Part shown: positions 21,491 to 31,170 of the stretch, piece after piece | How positions within the stretch are numbered: position 1 is the stretch's first letter | How the letters are laid out: the number at the start of each line of letters is the position of its first letter | Source of the DNA: an uncultured Spirochaetota bacterium | Lineage (GTDB): Bacteria > Spirochaetota > Spirochaetia > SZUA-6 > Fen-1364 | NCBI GenBank assembly: GCA_963820525.1 | Contig: CAWGAA010000003.1 | Coordinates: forward strand, 768,001-832,000 | Length of the DNA: 64,000 bases | Direction: 5' to 3' | The notes under the pieces: generated by a model | What the model saw: only the letters and a program-made list of their open reading frames with translations | Databases searched by the model: none | What the model was told of the DNA's origin: nothing | Program-made: the position numbers and the translations under genes

Positions 21491-22804
21491 CTAGTTCGTC
21501 AGCGCCGCGATGGCCGCCCCGATCAGGGGCGCATCCTCGGCGGCGATGATCTCATAGCTTCTCTCGCGCTTTTCCCGCAGGAACGAGCGCATGGCGCATT
21601 CCACCCGGATGCGGAACCCCTTCATCTGCCAGAAGGTCGTGCCGTCCACCGTGATGCACACGGGGAAGCGCGGGTCGGCGCCCTTGCCCGTCTTGAGCAG
21701 GACGGCGCACAGGTTGGAGGCCACAAGCACGGCGGCCCGTTCCACGATGGCGTCCATGATTGAGTACAGGCCCTGCGCGTCGGCGGGCGGGATGCGGGAA
21801 CAGAGAGCCGAAAGCGAATTTGCTCCGGCGGCCGGCGAGGAGAGGAAGTCGCTCACGTCCTTGGTGGAAACGGATTGAAGCCCGGCGAGCGCCCGGCCCG
21901 TCTCGGGGGAAAGGCAGCCGTCGCGCGCCGCGCGACGGGCCGCGGCGAAGCACAGGCCGCCGAGGTAGGCGCCGGAGATCATCTTCTCGTTCCTGTACTT
22001 GCCCGGGTTGGCCGTGGAGGCGTTGAACTCCACATCCACCGCTCCCGAGGGGACGCGGGAAAAAGAGCCGGACTCGGTGTTGATGATCTGAGAGCCCGCC
22101 GGGTCCAGCTCGGGCTTCTTCTTGATCGCGGAGTTGGCTTCGACATACGCGACATTGAGGCCCGTGCCGCACACGAAGCCCACGAACCCGTCGAACCGTT
22201 TTCCCGGCACCGACTGCCGGCCGGCGAGCAGCGTCGCCACCGTGTCGTTGAGCAGAACGACCCGCGCAGGCTGGAGCAGGCCCGCCGCCTTCATCGCGGC
22301 GAGCAGGCCTCTGCCGATCATCTCGCCTTCCACGCCGCGAGCCTTGATCTCCTTGGAAAAGTACAGGAGCCTGCCGTCCTTGTCCGGGGTGATCTCCGCG
22401 GGGTAGGAGAAACAGAAACCGATGCCGTCGGCCTTCCCGGCAACGGGAGCCGCGAACCGCGCCAGCGCGGCGAAAAACTCGTCCCTGCCGATCTCCCCGT
22501 CGCTGCCCGGCATGCGGTGCCGGGCCAGATCCTCGATGAGGGGTTTTCCGCGGCCATCGAAGCTCACCACCGCCACGCGCAGGTTTGTCCCCCCCGCGTC
22601 CATGGCGATCACGCGCCGCGCGGCGGGCACCTCGCGGGATGTCTCGATGTAGGTGGGAATCATGTCGAGGCTTGACGGGAGTCCCTCCAATCCGCGGCGC
22701 ATCTCCTCCAGAAAAGCGGCGGCGGTGCGCCCCATATCGACTCCCCGGTAGTGCATCCGCGTGCGGATGAGGAACGCGTCGACGCGGCCCCTGACATCCT
22801 TCAT
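21491..22804 (-). CDS. Hexokinase (eukaryote-type family)
   Basis: MIPTY, DAGGTNLR, GFCFSYP, FSKE, LNDTVATL, GTGLN, INTESG and EKMISGAYLG motifs. Confidence 0.9.
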   Translation of the reverse strand: MKDVRGRVDAFLIRTRMHYRGVDMGRTAAAFLEEMRRGLEGLPSSLDMIPTYIETSREVPAARRVIAMDAGGTNLRVAVVSFDGRGKPLIEDLARHRMPGSDGEIGRDEFFAALARFAAPVAGKADGIGFCFSYPAEITPDKDGRLLYFSKEIKARGVEGEMIGRGLLAAMKAAGLLQPARVVLLNDTVATLLAGRQSVPGKRFDGFVGFVCGTGLNVAYVEANSAIKKKPELDPAGSQIINTESGSFSRVPSGAVDVEFNASTANPGKYRNEKMISGAYLGGLCFAAARRAARDGCLSPETGRALAGLQSVSTKDVSDFLSSPAAGANSLSALCSRIPPADAQGLYSIMDAIVERAAVLVASNLCAVLLKTGKGADPRFPVCITVDGTTFWQMKGFRIRVECAMRSFLREKRERSYEIIAAEDAPLIGAAIAALTN

Positions 22805-22866
22805 TCGCCAATCCCTCCCTCACCCCTTTGTACGTTTTTCATGGAGAAAAATCCAGCCGCGGTCGC

Positions 22867-23661
22867 TCAACGGCTCTTCGCAATAAGCGACATTCCGATG
22901 GCGGACTCCATTTCCTGCTGGAGCGAGTAGAAGATGAAGCGATGGATCTTCTCCTTCGAATTCGAGGCGATGGGATGGCGGAACATGAGAAGGTTGCGGG
23001 GGCCGCCCTCCTTGACCTCTCCCACGAACGTGCCGGAGACCCGGCACAGGACCCCCTTCAGCTTGAGCTGGATGTCCTCGAAGATCGCGTTCGCCTTCAA
23101 GGGAAGAGGCTTGTCCAGACGGAAGGTCATGCCGGCCGCGCTGATGTCCACGATGACGCCGGTGACGAGGCGGCCTTGGAACTTCACGTTGAAGGTTGCC
23201 TTCTGCGGATCCATGCACCGCGCGCGCACGTACCGCCGCCTGCCGCGCGCCTCGTTCGCTTCCAGGGTCTTGAGAATGATCCTCTTGCTCTCCACCAGGC
23301 CCTGCTTGAGCTGGATGAAGCCGCAGGGGACCCCGATTTCCATGAGGTAGGTCTTGGCGAGCGCCTGGTCGACATTGTAGGTGAGGATTCCCACGCGGGT
23401 GGAGGACCTCTCCCGGTCCGCCAGAAGCTTGCGGACCCAGGCTTCCCAATCCTTCTCCGAGAGCGTGTCGTCCACATTGACGAATACGATGGATCCGGGA
23501 AAGACCGCCGCGGCCTTCCACAACGCCTCGTGGCTTTTCAGGACATAGATCTCGTACTGGCTGTCCATGATTTCCATGAACAGCTCCTCGTTGAATACGC
23601 TGTGCGGATTGAGAAAAAAGACCTTTCTCCCCCAGGCGGCTTTTACTTCCTCCGATGTCAC
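22867..23661 (-). CDS. PilZ-domain protein
   Basis: RRRYVR (RxxxR) and DISAAG (DxSxxG) c-di-GMP motifs. Confidence 0.85.
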   Translation of the reverse strand: MTSEEVKAAWGRKVFFLNPHSVFNEELFMEIMDSQYEIYVLKSHEALWKAAAVFPGSIVFVNVDDTLSEKDWEAWVRKLLADRERSSTRVGILTYNVDQALAKTYLMEIGVPCGFIQLKQGLVESKRIILKTLEANEARGRRRYVRARCMDPQKATFNVKFQGRLVTGVIVDISAAGMTFRLDKPLPLKANAIFEDIQLKLKGVLCRVSGTFVGEVKEGGPRNLLMFRHPIASNSKEKIHRFIFYSLQQEMESAIGMSLIAKSR

Positions 23662-23837
23662 GTGGCTCCCTCCAGTCGCGCCTCACGGCACGGCCGCGCG
23701 GCATCGCGTGAAGGCGCTTCGTCATGGTATCGAAATCATGCTGATCCGGCGGCGCCGTCGGCCATGCCGTGGAAGCACAAGGGTGTCACAGCGTATACGG
23801 GGCGTCAATAGGGCGGAGCGTGGAGAGCCGTTCGGCC

Positions 23838-24389
23838 TTAGCCCGGCTCGGGCAGCGTCGCGAACATCGGCTTGAGCGTGATATCGAGGTCCTGGGCATT
23901 TTGAAGAAGGCCAAGCTCCTCCTTGAGGCGGGCTATGGAGACCGACGGGGAAATGACGAGGTGCGCCTTCATGCGGAACATCGGCGCTCCCGTCCACGGC
24001 GCGGCCCCGGTGTCCGTTTCCAGGTCTTCGATGTTGACCCCATGCCGGCGGAGCACGGCGGTTACGGCATGAACGATTCCCGGCGAGTCGAGGGAGACAG
24101 CCTCCAGGAGGTACGGCCTGCCGCTTTCCTCCGCGCGCGGCGCGCTCGTGGCCCGCCACTCGATGCGCAGCCCGAGCCGCTCCCCGCGGTCAACAAGAGA
24201 CCTCGCAAGCGATTCCATGGCCGGGGCGTCCCCGGAGACCAGCATGATGACGGCGAACTCGCCGCCGAGCACCGCCATCTTGCTCTCCTCGATGTTGCAC
24301 GCGCGCTCGACGACAAGGCCGGAGATGTCGTCCACGATGCCGACCCTGTCCGGACCGATGGCCGTGAGGACCGCGAATGACTTCGCCAT
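23838..24389 (-). CDS. GcvR-like tandem ACT-domain protein
   Basis: TAIGPDRVGIV, CNIEESKM..LGGEFA, DSPGIV. Confidence 0.85.
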   Translation of the reverse strand: MAKSFAVLTAIGPDRVGIVDDISGLVVERACNIEESKMAVLGGEFAVIMLVSGDAPAMESLARSLVDRGERLGLRIEWRATSAPRAEESGRPYLLEAVSLDSPGIVHAVTAVLRRHGVNIEDLETDTGAAPWTGAPMFRMKAHLVISPSVSIARLKEELGLLQNAQDLDITLKPMFATLPEPG

Positions 24390-24422
24390 GGCCGAAGCCT
24401 ACCACCCCGCGGCTTCTGGAGT

Positions 24423-25766
24423 CTATCCCGTCATGCGGGCATACCTGGCCGCCTCAGCCATATGGCGGATCGCTTCTTTCAGTCTTTCCGTCTCCTCGAA
24501 TCCGTAGGAGAGACGAAGCTGGCGCTTCCCCTCCTCCACAATGCTCCCGTGGGGATGCACGCAGAACTCGCCCGGAATATAGATCACCCGCGGCTGCACG
24601 GCATTCGCGGGCCCGTCAACTTCGGCGATTCCCGTCGTGCGCGCCAGGAATCGGAAGAAGGGCGAGCCTTCCGAGGTCCGGATGCCGTCCAGGGTGAGGT
24701 AGAAGTAGAAGCCGGCCTGGCCGCCGGTGCTCCGAGCCACCGCGGAGCCGAGCATTTCATCGATCCATCCCTTCACCTTCACGGCCTTCTCCCTGTAGCC
24801 GGCCCTCACGCGCCGGATCTGGGCGTCGACGGCCGTGTCGAGCAGACGGCTGGCGATCTCCTGGTTGGCGAGCGGCGCGCTGAAGCCCACGTCGCTCGTC
24901 CGCTGGATCATTGCCTGCAGGAAAGGCCCGCCCTCCCCGACCATGTAGCCGATTCGAAGCCCCGGGGCGACTATCTTGGAGAGGGTGCCGATCTCGAACA
25001 CCACTCCCTCCTCGTCCCAGAGAAAGCCGGAGCGCGGCGGACGGACGCGCGGATCGTGGATCAGGTCCTCATACGCCTTGTCCCGCACCAGGGGAACCCG
25101 CCGGCCCAGCTCGCGGGAAAGCTCGGAGGCGATCCGTACCAGCCCCTCCCGCTCGGCGTCGGCCAGGATCGTGGCGCTGGGATTGTTCACGGTCACCACG
25201 TAGATGAAGCTGATCCGGGAGCGTTCGCTTCCCAGCTCCTTCATCTTCTGCCGCACTGCATCGGCGTGAAGCCCATCCGCCTCCTCAGGCACCGTGACCA
25301 CCCGGAAGCCCCGCCGCTCGAGGAAGTCGCAGTAGATGTAGTACATGGGATCAGTGGTGATGACGATGCCGGGCCGCAGGACCTGGGCTATCCCTTCCAG
25401 GAGGCTCGTGGCTCCATTCGCCCCGATGATGATCTCTTTCTTCGACACTATCTCGGGGGTCAGGCCGCCGATCCGCCGCGACGCGAGGTAGGAGCGAATG
25501 CTCTCGATAAGGTTGGCGCTTCCCCGCGGCCCCCCGTAGTTGAGGGCGGCCCGGTATTTTTTCGGATTCCCCAGCACGTCCTCCAGGGCCTGCGCGATGA
25601 GATCGCGGGGGATTGTGTTCTCATTGACGTATCCCACGCCGAGATTGATGTCGACACCCTCGCGGAAGTCCTCCGCGAATGACGACATCATTCTGTTGAC
25701 CGGGGAGGGGCAGCGGCAAAGGCCGCCGTATTCGCTCAAGAGGATATTATTAGTGTTGAGGCTCAT
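24423..25766 (-). CDS. PLP-dependent aminotransferase class I/II
   Basis: INLGVG, ALNYG, NNPSA, DKAY, GTLSKIVAPGLRIG, LRLSY. Confidence 0.88.
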   Translation of the reverse strand: MSLNTNNILLSEYGGLCRCPSPVNRMMSSFAEDFREGVDINLGVGYVNENTIPRDLIAQALEDVLGNPKKYRAALNYGGPRGSANLIESIRSYLASRRIGGLTPEIVSKKEIIIGANGATSLLEGIAQVLRPGIVITTDPMYYIYCDFLERRGFRVVTVPEEADGLHADAVRQKMKELGSERSRISFIYVVTVNNPSATILADAEREGLVRIASELSRELGRRVPLVRDKAYEDLIHDPRVRPPRSGFLWDEEGVVFEIGTLSKIVAPGLRIGYMVGEGGPFLQAMIQRTSDVGFSAPLANQEIASRLLDTAVDAQIRRVRAGYREKAVKVKGWIDEMLGSAVARSTGGQAGFYFYLTLDGIRTSEGSPFFRFLARTTGIAEVDGPANAVQPRVIYIPGEFCVHPHGSIVEEGKRQLRLSYGFEETERLKEAIRHMAEAARYARMTG

Positions 25767-25825
25767 AATCCAAGGATTCTATAGTGCCGATAGCTGTGCG
25801 GCAATCGGGGTTACATGTTGTCCGA

Positions 25826-26671
25826 TTACAAGCTATGCTCTTTCTTCAATTGCGTGAGATCGCTCGATAATTGAATGGACATTTTTTTCGTATATATCCT
25901 ATAAATCGAGCCATCATTCTGGAATTGAATCAATTTTCGTAGATCATTCACTCGATAGTTCCAGGTTATGCCATCTGTAACGAACAAAAAAGAAGTGTCG
26001 TGACGCTTTTCTTCAAGGATACGCCTAACATCGCCGAGAACGTCAGTCTGTTTGCTCCCCGTCGCTCCATATGCCTTCACCTCGATGACAATTCGCGGTT
26101 CTTCTTTTGACGGGATCGCAAAATCGGCTTTTTCGGTGCTCTGCCCCGATTTTCCGGTGAAACTGCACCTTTTGTCATATGAACCGGGGCCGAATACGGA
26201 TCTCACGATTTCTTCCACGAAATTCTCAAGTGCACGCCCGCGGTGCTGACCTTTGATTGCGCTACCTCTACCAGATTTGAGCCGCTCAACAATGATATCT
26301 TTCCATGAATACTTTCGATTGATTGTCAGACGTATGGCTTCGCGAATGAGGAGATGATCGAGCGCACGTATATACCCATCCTTGTTCTCCAGATATGCTT
26401 TTCTGCCAGTGCCTGGCATTTCGAGGAGTTCTGTCTTCACGATAGTCGTAAACTCATCCTTCGATTTGTCCAGAAACAGCCTGAAAACAGTGGTAGCGGA
26501 TTCGAAATCCTCATCGAGAAGGTCTTTCAAGTCCTCAAGCGAATAGCGTGGTTTATCTTTAATAATTTCGAGGAATTGGATGACACGTTCCGCGAAAGAA
26601 TCCTTCCACTCCGTGTCCAGTGCGCTTAAGCTGGCGCGCAAATCGGCCAGGCTCTGTCTATGTCTTTCCAT
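25826..26671 (-). CDS. Type II restriction endonuclease, DpnII-like PD-(D/E)XK
   Basis: KADFAIP..IVIEVKAYGATGSKQTD..FVTDGITW; directly downstream of a methyltransferase; lower GC than flanks. Confidence 0.7.
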   Translation of the reverse strand: MERHRQSLADLRASLSALDTEWKDSFAERVIQFLEIIKDKPRYSLEDLKDLLDEDFESATTVFRLFLDKSKDEFTTIVKTELLEMPGTGRKAYLENKDGYIRALDHLLIREAIRLTINRKYSWKDIIVERLKSGRGSAIKGQHRGRALENFVEEIVRSVFGPGSYDKRCSFTGKSGQSTEKADFAIPSKEEPRIVIEVKAYGATGSKQTDVLGDVRRILEEKRHDTSFLFVTDGITWNYRVNDLRKLIQFQNDGSIYRIYTKKMSIQLSSDLTQLKKEHSL

Positions 26672-26675
26672 TCGC

Positions 26676-27755
26676 TTATTTGGTTCCTACTATCAGGTAT
26701 TCGGTGACGATAGCTCTCTTCACTGCGGCATGAGTACCGAAATGATAGCGATGATCATGTTCGAAAACCCTAATCGATCTCTTTGATTCCCTAAGGAGAT
26801 CGATGAGAATTTGCAGATCTGGAAAACCGTTCGATGAATATGAAAGCACGATGATGCTGTTTTGAAAAAGCTGGAAGAGACTACGAAAAGCCGGTATGGC
26901 GTTGCTTCTATACGAAAAGGGGGTATGCTTTTTCTTGATTTTTTTCACTTTCGAATGCTCGAGGATCTCCTGGTCTCGCCAGTAGCAGGATAAGCCTTCG
27001 AGAAAATGATAACGCTTGATGTAACAATTATCATCCGATCGGGGAATATAGGGAGGATCGAGATAGACCAAATCTATATCCCCCGAATGTTTTCCCAGAG
27101 CGAAGACGTCACTTCGAAAGGAGAGATTTTTCTTCGAATTATCGAAAACCGTACCGTTATAAACCTGAACTTGCTCTAGGAAGTGTTCGCGAAGAGAAAG
27201 ATTAACATCTCTTCGCCCATCCTTGTACTTCGCTGGATCTCCAGCGACCGTAAAAACTCCTCTGGGCTGGCGTTTCACACATGAGCGCAGCAGGGCGGAA
27301 ACCGCGAGACTTCGAATGTAGGGATTATTGATTTTCTCTAGGTTCCCGGAGACCCGATCAAGGAAAGAGAGATCCCCCCGAGTGAAAAATATGCCATCGA
27401 AAGTATCGGTAATGAACGTTTCCTTGTTTCCATCTTCAGAGAGGAGCAACCTGAGATCATGAGAAGAAATTCGATATCTGGAATTCTCGATAGTTGCCTT
27501 GGCGATGGTAGCGCAGAAATTTAGGAAATCGTTCGAAACCACCCTTTTGCCCATGCACTTTAAGAGATAGGAGACACAACCTGATCCGGAGAAAGCGTCG
27601 ATCACACTCTCGAATCGATATTCAGAAAGAACATCATGAATCCAAGGCAGCAGACGGTACTTGCTCCCCATGAAACGTAGTTGAGGAAATCGTTTAATGC
27701 GATCCGCGATCGCTTGATATTCACGAGTAGGCGCACGATCCGAGACTGCTTTCAT
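26676..27755 (-). CDS. N6-adenine DNA methyltransferase (D12 class)
   Basis: RFMGSKYRL, DAFSGSG, NDF and YLDPPY motifs. Confidence 0.9.
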   Translation of the reverse strand: MKAVSDRAPTREYQAIADRIKRFPQLRFMGSKYRLLPWIHDVLSEYRFESVIDAFSGSGCVSYLLKCMGKRVVSNDFLNFCATIAKATIENSRYRISSHDLRLLLSEDGNKETFITDTFDGIFFTRGDLSFLDRVSGNLEKINNPYIRSLAVSALLRSCVKRQPRGVFTVAGDPAKYKDGRRDVNLSLREHFLEQVQVYNGTVFDNSKKNLSFRSDVFALGKHSGDIDLVYLDPPYIPRSDDNCYIKRYHFLEGLSCYWRDQEILEHSKVKKIKKKHTPFSYRSNAIPAFRSLFQLFQNSIIVLSYSSNGFPDLQILIDLLRESKRSIRVFEHDHRYHFGTHAAVKRAIVTEYLIVGTK

Positions 27756-27827
27756 TGTATTGCTTTCCGGATTATAATAACAAATGATTTTTCTGTATAG
27801 CTTGTCGAAAAACGAGGGGTGTTGCCT

Positions 27828-28250
27828 TCACCCGTCGAATCCGAGGGCCCTTCCCCGCAGCCTCTTCGCGTCGGACCGCCGCTTCTTGTCCCGCAGGCGC
27901 GCTTCTCGCGAGCGGGCGCTCGGCCTGGTCGGCACGCGCTTTCGAGGCCGGCGCATCGCGGAGGCGAGGAGGTCCGCCATGCGCTCCACGGCGAGCTCCC
28001 TGTTCCTGGCCTGCTCGCGGGTATCCTGGACCGTCACGACGATCTCCCCTTGGGCGTTCATCCTGTTGGCCAGTCTCGCTTCCGCCATGCGGCGGATCTC
28101 TCCCGTGAGGAAGGTGAGGCTCGCGAACGGCAATCGGGCGATCACCTTGGTCTCCACCTTGTTCACGTTCTGGCCTCCCGGCCCGCCGGAGCGCGCGTAG
28201 CTGAAGGTGAGGTTTGACCGAATGGCCTCAGCGATCCTTCCCGCGTTCAC
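27828..28250 (-). CDS. arfB: Alternative ribosome rescue peptidyl-tRNA hydrolase ArfB
   Basis: RSGGPGGQNVNKV, REQARNRE and a basic tail PRKRVPTRPS. Confidence 0.92.
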   Translation of the reverse strand: MNAGRIAEAIRSNLTFSYARSGGPGGQNVNKVETKVIARLPFASLTFLTGEIRRMAEARLANRMNAQGEIVVTVQDTREQARNRELAVERMADLLASAMRRPRKRVPTRPSARSREARLRDKKRRSDAKRLRGRALGFDG

Positions 28251-29622
28251 CTCGTCCCCCTTCCTCGACAGCCGCTTTCACGAGCGGTATGCGGATGGTG
28301 AAGGTTGATCCCTCTCCCACGATGGAAACCACTCCGATGTTCCAGCCGTGGCCCTCGATGATGCTCTTCACCGTGGTCAGTCCCAGGCCGAAGCCCTGCT
28401 CGCGGCGGGAATTCGTTCCCCTGTAGAAAGGATCGTAGATTCGCGTGATGTCCTTCTGGGGGATCCCGATCCCCGAATCGGAAATGGACAGCACAACCTC
28501 CCCACCCTCCGCCCACGCCGTCATCTCGATCGTCCCGCCCTCCGCGGTGTAACGGATGGCATTGCCGATCAGGTTCTCCAGCGCCCGGTTGACGAGGCCC
28601 TCGTCTATCGAGATCTGAAGCCCGTCGGCGAGGTCGATAGCGAAGCGGAAATCCCTCTTCAATATCAGGGCGTCCTCGGAATACCGCTTCGCGATTCCGG
28701 TAAGGAACTCCTTGACCGACACGTGGCGGAAGGTCATCCGCCATTCCCCCGTCTCCATCTTCACGAACCCGATGAGGTCCTCGATCATGCCCTCCAGGGT
28801 CTGCGTCTTGTCGTGGATGATCGAGAGGTAGCGCTTCTGGACCTCGGGATCCCCTGCGAAGCCGTCCGTGATCGCCTCCACGTACCCCTGGATGAGGGCG
28901 AGGGGGGTCTTCAGGTCGTGGGATACGCCCATGATAAAGCGCGCCCGGCGCGCGTACTCCTCCTTCAATGCCTTCCTCATCCTGTCGAAGGACCTCGTAA
29001 GGGAAGAAATCTCGTCGCTCCCCTTGACGGGAAGCTCGAAGTCGTAGTCGCCCTCGGCCACCCGGCGGGTGGCTCCCTCGAGGGTCACGATGGAGCGGTT
29101 GACGGAGCGCAGGATCAGGAACGACATGAGGGAGGAGAAGACGAGCACGGCGATGGAGCTGTACATGATGTACTGCACGGCCTGGTTTCGAAACTCCCCT
29201 TCGTCGCGGAGCTTGGGGAACTTGATGATCACCAGGGAATCCGCGGCGCCGGCCCCGCGGGGGAGGTCGATCTGGAAGTGGAAGCTGCGGGCATTCGCCC
29301 GGATGTAGCCCATCACGAGCCCGTTCGCGAAGGCGGTGCCGGCGGGAATCTGGGAGATCGTGGAGAAGGCCACGGAATCGTCCGCTGCCAGGACGATGAA
29401 ATCCAGCCCCGGCGGCCTGTCCCGCATCAACGCCCGGAAATCGTTCGACCGAATGGCGTGCTGGACCTCACGCCTGATCCATCCCGAGATGCGCCCGTAG
29501 TTGGGCATCGGCTCCTGGCCCCGGGAGAACGCGTAGTCGAGGAACAGGATGAAGGCGCTCACGAGGAAGGGGACCAGGATTATCCCGATGATGAGGAATG
29601 CGAACTGGGTCCTGAGCTTCAT
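28228..29622 (-). CDS. HAMP-domain sensor histidine kinase
   Basis: Two transmembrane helices, HAMP, SHDLKTPL, NLIGNAIRY, DSGIGI, GLGL. Confidence 0.92.
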   Translation of the reverse strand: MKLRTQFAFLIIGIILVPFLVSAFILFLDYAFSRGQEPMPNYGRISGWIRREVQHAIRSNDFRALMRDRPPGLDFIVLAADDSVAFSTISQIPAGTAFANGLVMGYIRANARSFHFQIDLPRGAGAADSLVIIKFPKLRDEGEFRNQAVQYIMYSSIAVLVFSSLMSFLILRSVNRSIVTLEGATRRVAEGDYDFELPVKGSDEISSLTRSFDRMRKALKEEYARRARFIMGVSHDLKTPLALIQGYVEAITDGFAGDPEVQKRYLSIIHDKTQTLEGMIEDLIGFVKMETGEWRMTFRHVSVKEFLTGIAKRYSEDALILKRDFRFAIDLADGLQISIDEGLVNRALENLIGNAIRYTAEGGTIEMTAWAEGGEVVLSISDSGIGIPQKDITRIYDPFYRGTNSRREQGFGLGLTTVKSIIEGHGWNIGVVSIVGEGSTFTIRIPLVKAAVEEGGRGERGKDR

Positions 29623-30314
29623 GCGTGCACCGCCTCCGCGTTGAAACGGTATCCCATGCCGTGGACCGTCTCGATGAGAAACGGCCGTGCCGGATCCTCC
29701 TCCAGCTTCTTTCGAAGGCGCTGGATGTAGACGCCCACCGCGGTGACGTCTCCATACTGGTTCTTCCAGACGTCGGAGTAGATCGTTTCGGGGCTCAAAG
29801 CCTTGCCGGGGTGCGAGGCGAGGTAGGAGAGGACCTCGAACTCCTTGGATGAAAGGGGGACCTTGTCCTTGCCCCGCTTCAGGAGGTACCCGTCGAGGTC
29901 CAGGGTGAAATCCCCGAAGTGGATGTAGTTCGCGCTAGAGGGGCGCATGTCCGAGACGCGCCGCAGGATGGCCCGCACGCGGGCCGTCAACACCTTGGGA
30001 GAAAAGGGCTTTGTGACGAACTCGTCGGCCCCGATGCCCAGGCCGAGGATCATGTCCTCATCGGTGTCCCGCGCCGACACGATCACGACGGGCACGGGGC
30101 TGTCCTTGCGCAGCCTCTGGAGGAATTCGAACCCGTCCATCCCCGGGAGGTTGATGTCCAGGACCACCAGATCGAATGGAGCCGCACGGAAAGCCTCCAG
30201 CCCCTGCTCCGCGGTTTCCGTGAGGACGGTTTCCGCCCCCTCCTTGCCGAGATACAGGCGGATGAGCTCGCCCATCTCCTTCACGTCCTCGATGACCAGG
30301 ATTCTTGCTTTCAC
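29619..30314 (-). CDS. OmpR-family response regulator
   Basis: ILVIED, LDINLPGMDG, GADEFVTKPF, winged helix ending ETVHGMGYRF; GTG start after GGGGGA. Confidence 0.92.
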   Translation of the reverse strand: MKARILVIEDVKEMGELIRLYLGKEGAETVLTETAEQGLEAFRAAPFDLVVLDINLPGMDGFEFLQRLRKDSPVPVVIVSARDTDEDMILGLGIGADEFVTKPFSPKVLTARVRAILRRVSDMRPSSANYIHFGDFTLDLDGYLLKRGKDKVPLSSKEFEVLSYLASHPGKALSPETIYSDVWKNQYGDVTAVGVYIQRLRKKLEEDPARPFLIETVHGMGYRFNAEAVHA

Positions 30315-30452
30315 GACTTTTCCCCCTCCATCTTGGATGGCGGAAACCCCCTTTTCAATACGCGCTCGCGCGCGCTCTGGAGCAGCGCGCCGCTGAATTT
30401 TCCGGCCCCGAGGCCGGACCGCGCGCTGCGACACCCAGCCATGCGCGCCGCG

Positions 30453-31163
30453 CTACCTGCCCATGTCCTTTTTCCACCGCTGCAGCGACTGGATGAAGTT
30501 GTCGATGAACAGCTGCCTTCTCTGGATCGGCGTAAGCTGCGGCCCCGTCCCGCCTTCCTGCTTCAAGCGAGCCTCGATGCGCTGCCGCGTCTCGGGAGGC
30601 AGGGTCTGGAGGAACCTCTGCCGCTCATCCGGCGTCATGTTCCGGAGGTTCGCAAACCCGCCGCCGTTCTGGCCGCCGTCGTTCTGCTGCCGTTCGGCCG
30701 CGGCTTTCACGCGCTGGTCGTGAAACGCATCCCGCGCGCTTTTCTGCTCCGCCGTGAGTATCCCGTCCACGGTCGCCTGGAGCTTCTTCGCGCCCGAGGG
30801 CGTGGGGAAGGGATTGTCCCTGAGCGCCTGGAGAAGCGGCACCAAAGTGTTCACCTCTTGAGCCGTGAAGAACAGCTTGGGATCCCGTTGGATGGAGAAC
30901 CCGCCGCGCTGGCCGCCCTGCTGGCCGGCCTGTTGTCCTGCGCCTCCCTGCTGGCCTGCCGCCGCCGGCCCCTGCCGCGCGCCGCGGGAGAAGCCCGCCA
31001 GGTTCTCCGGAAGGAAGATGGAAAGCTCGGCGAGCATCCCTTCCACGGAGAATCCGGGTACGGGCGTCTGGCCCGGGCCGGAAGAGGACTGGGCAAAGCC
31101 GGCCGCGCCCGAGAGGACGAACGCGACGGCCGCGATCGCCAAAACCCTATTCATCTTTGCCAC
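30453..31163 (-). CDS. Secreted hypothetical protein, Gln/Gly-rich
   Basis: Signal peptide; co-directional with the efflux operon; AAGGAG RBS. Confidence 0.65.
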   Translation of the reverse strand: MAKMNRVLAIAAVAFVLSGAAGFAQSSSGPGQTPVPGFSVEGMLAELSIFLPENLAGFSRGARQGPAAAGQQGGAGQQAGQQGGQRGGFSIQRDPKLFFTAQEVNTLVPLLQALRDNPFPTPSGAKKLQATVDGILTAEQKSARDAFHDQRVKAAAERQQNDGGQNGGGFANLRNMTPDERQRFLQTLPPETRQRIEARLKQEGGTGPQLTPIQRRQLFIDNFIQSLQRWKKDMGR

Positions 31164-31170
31164 GCTCCTT

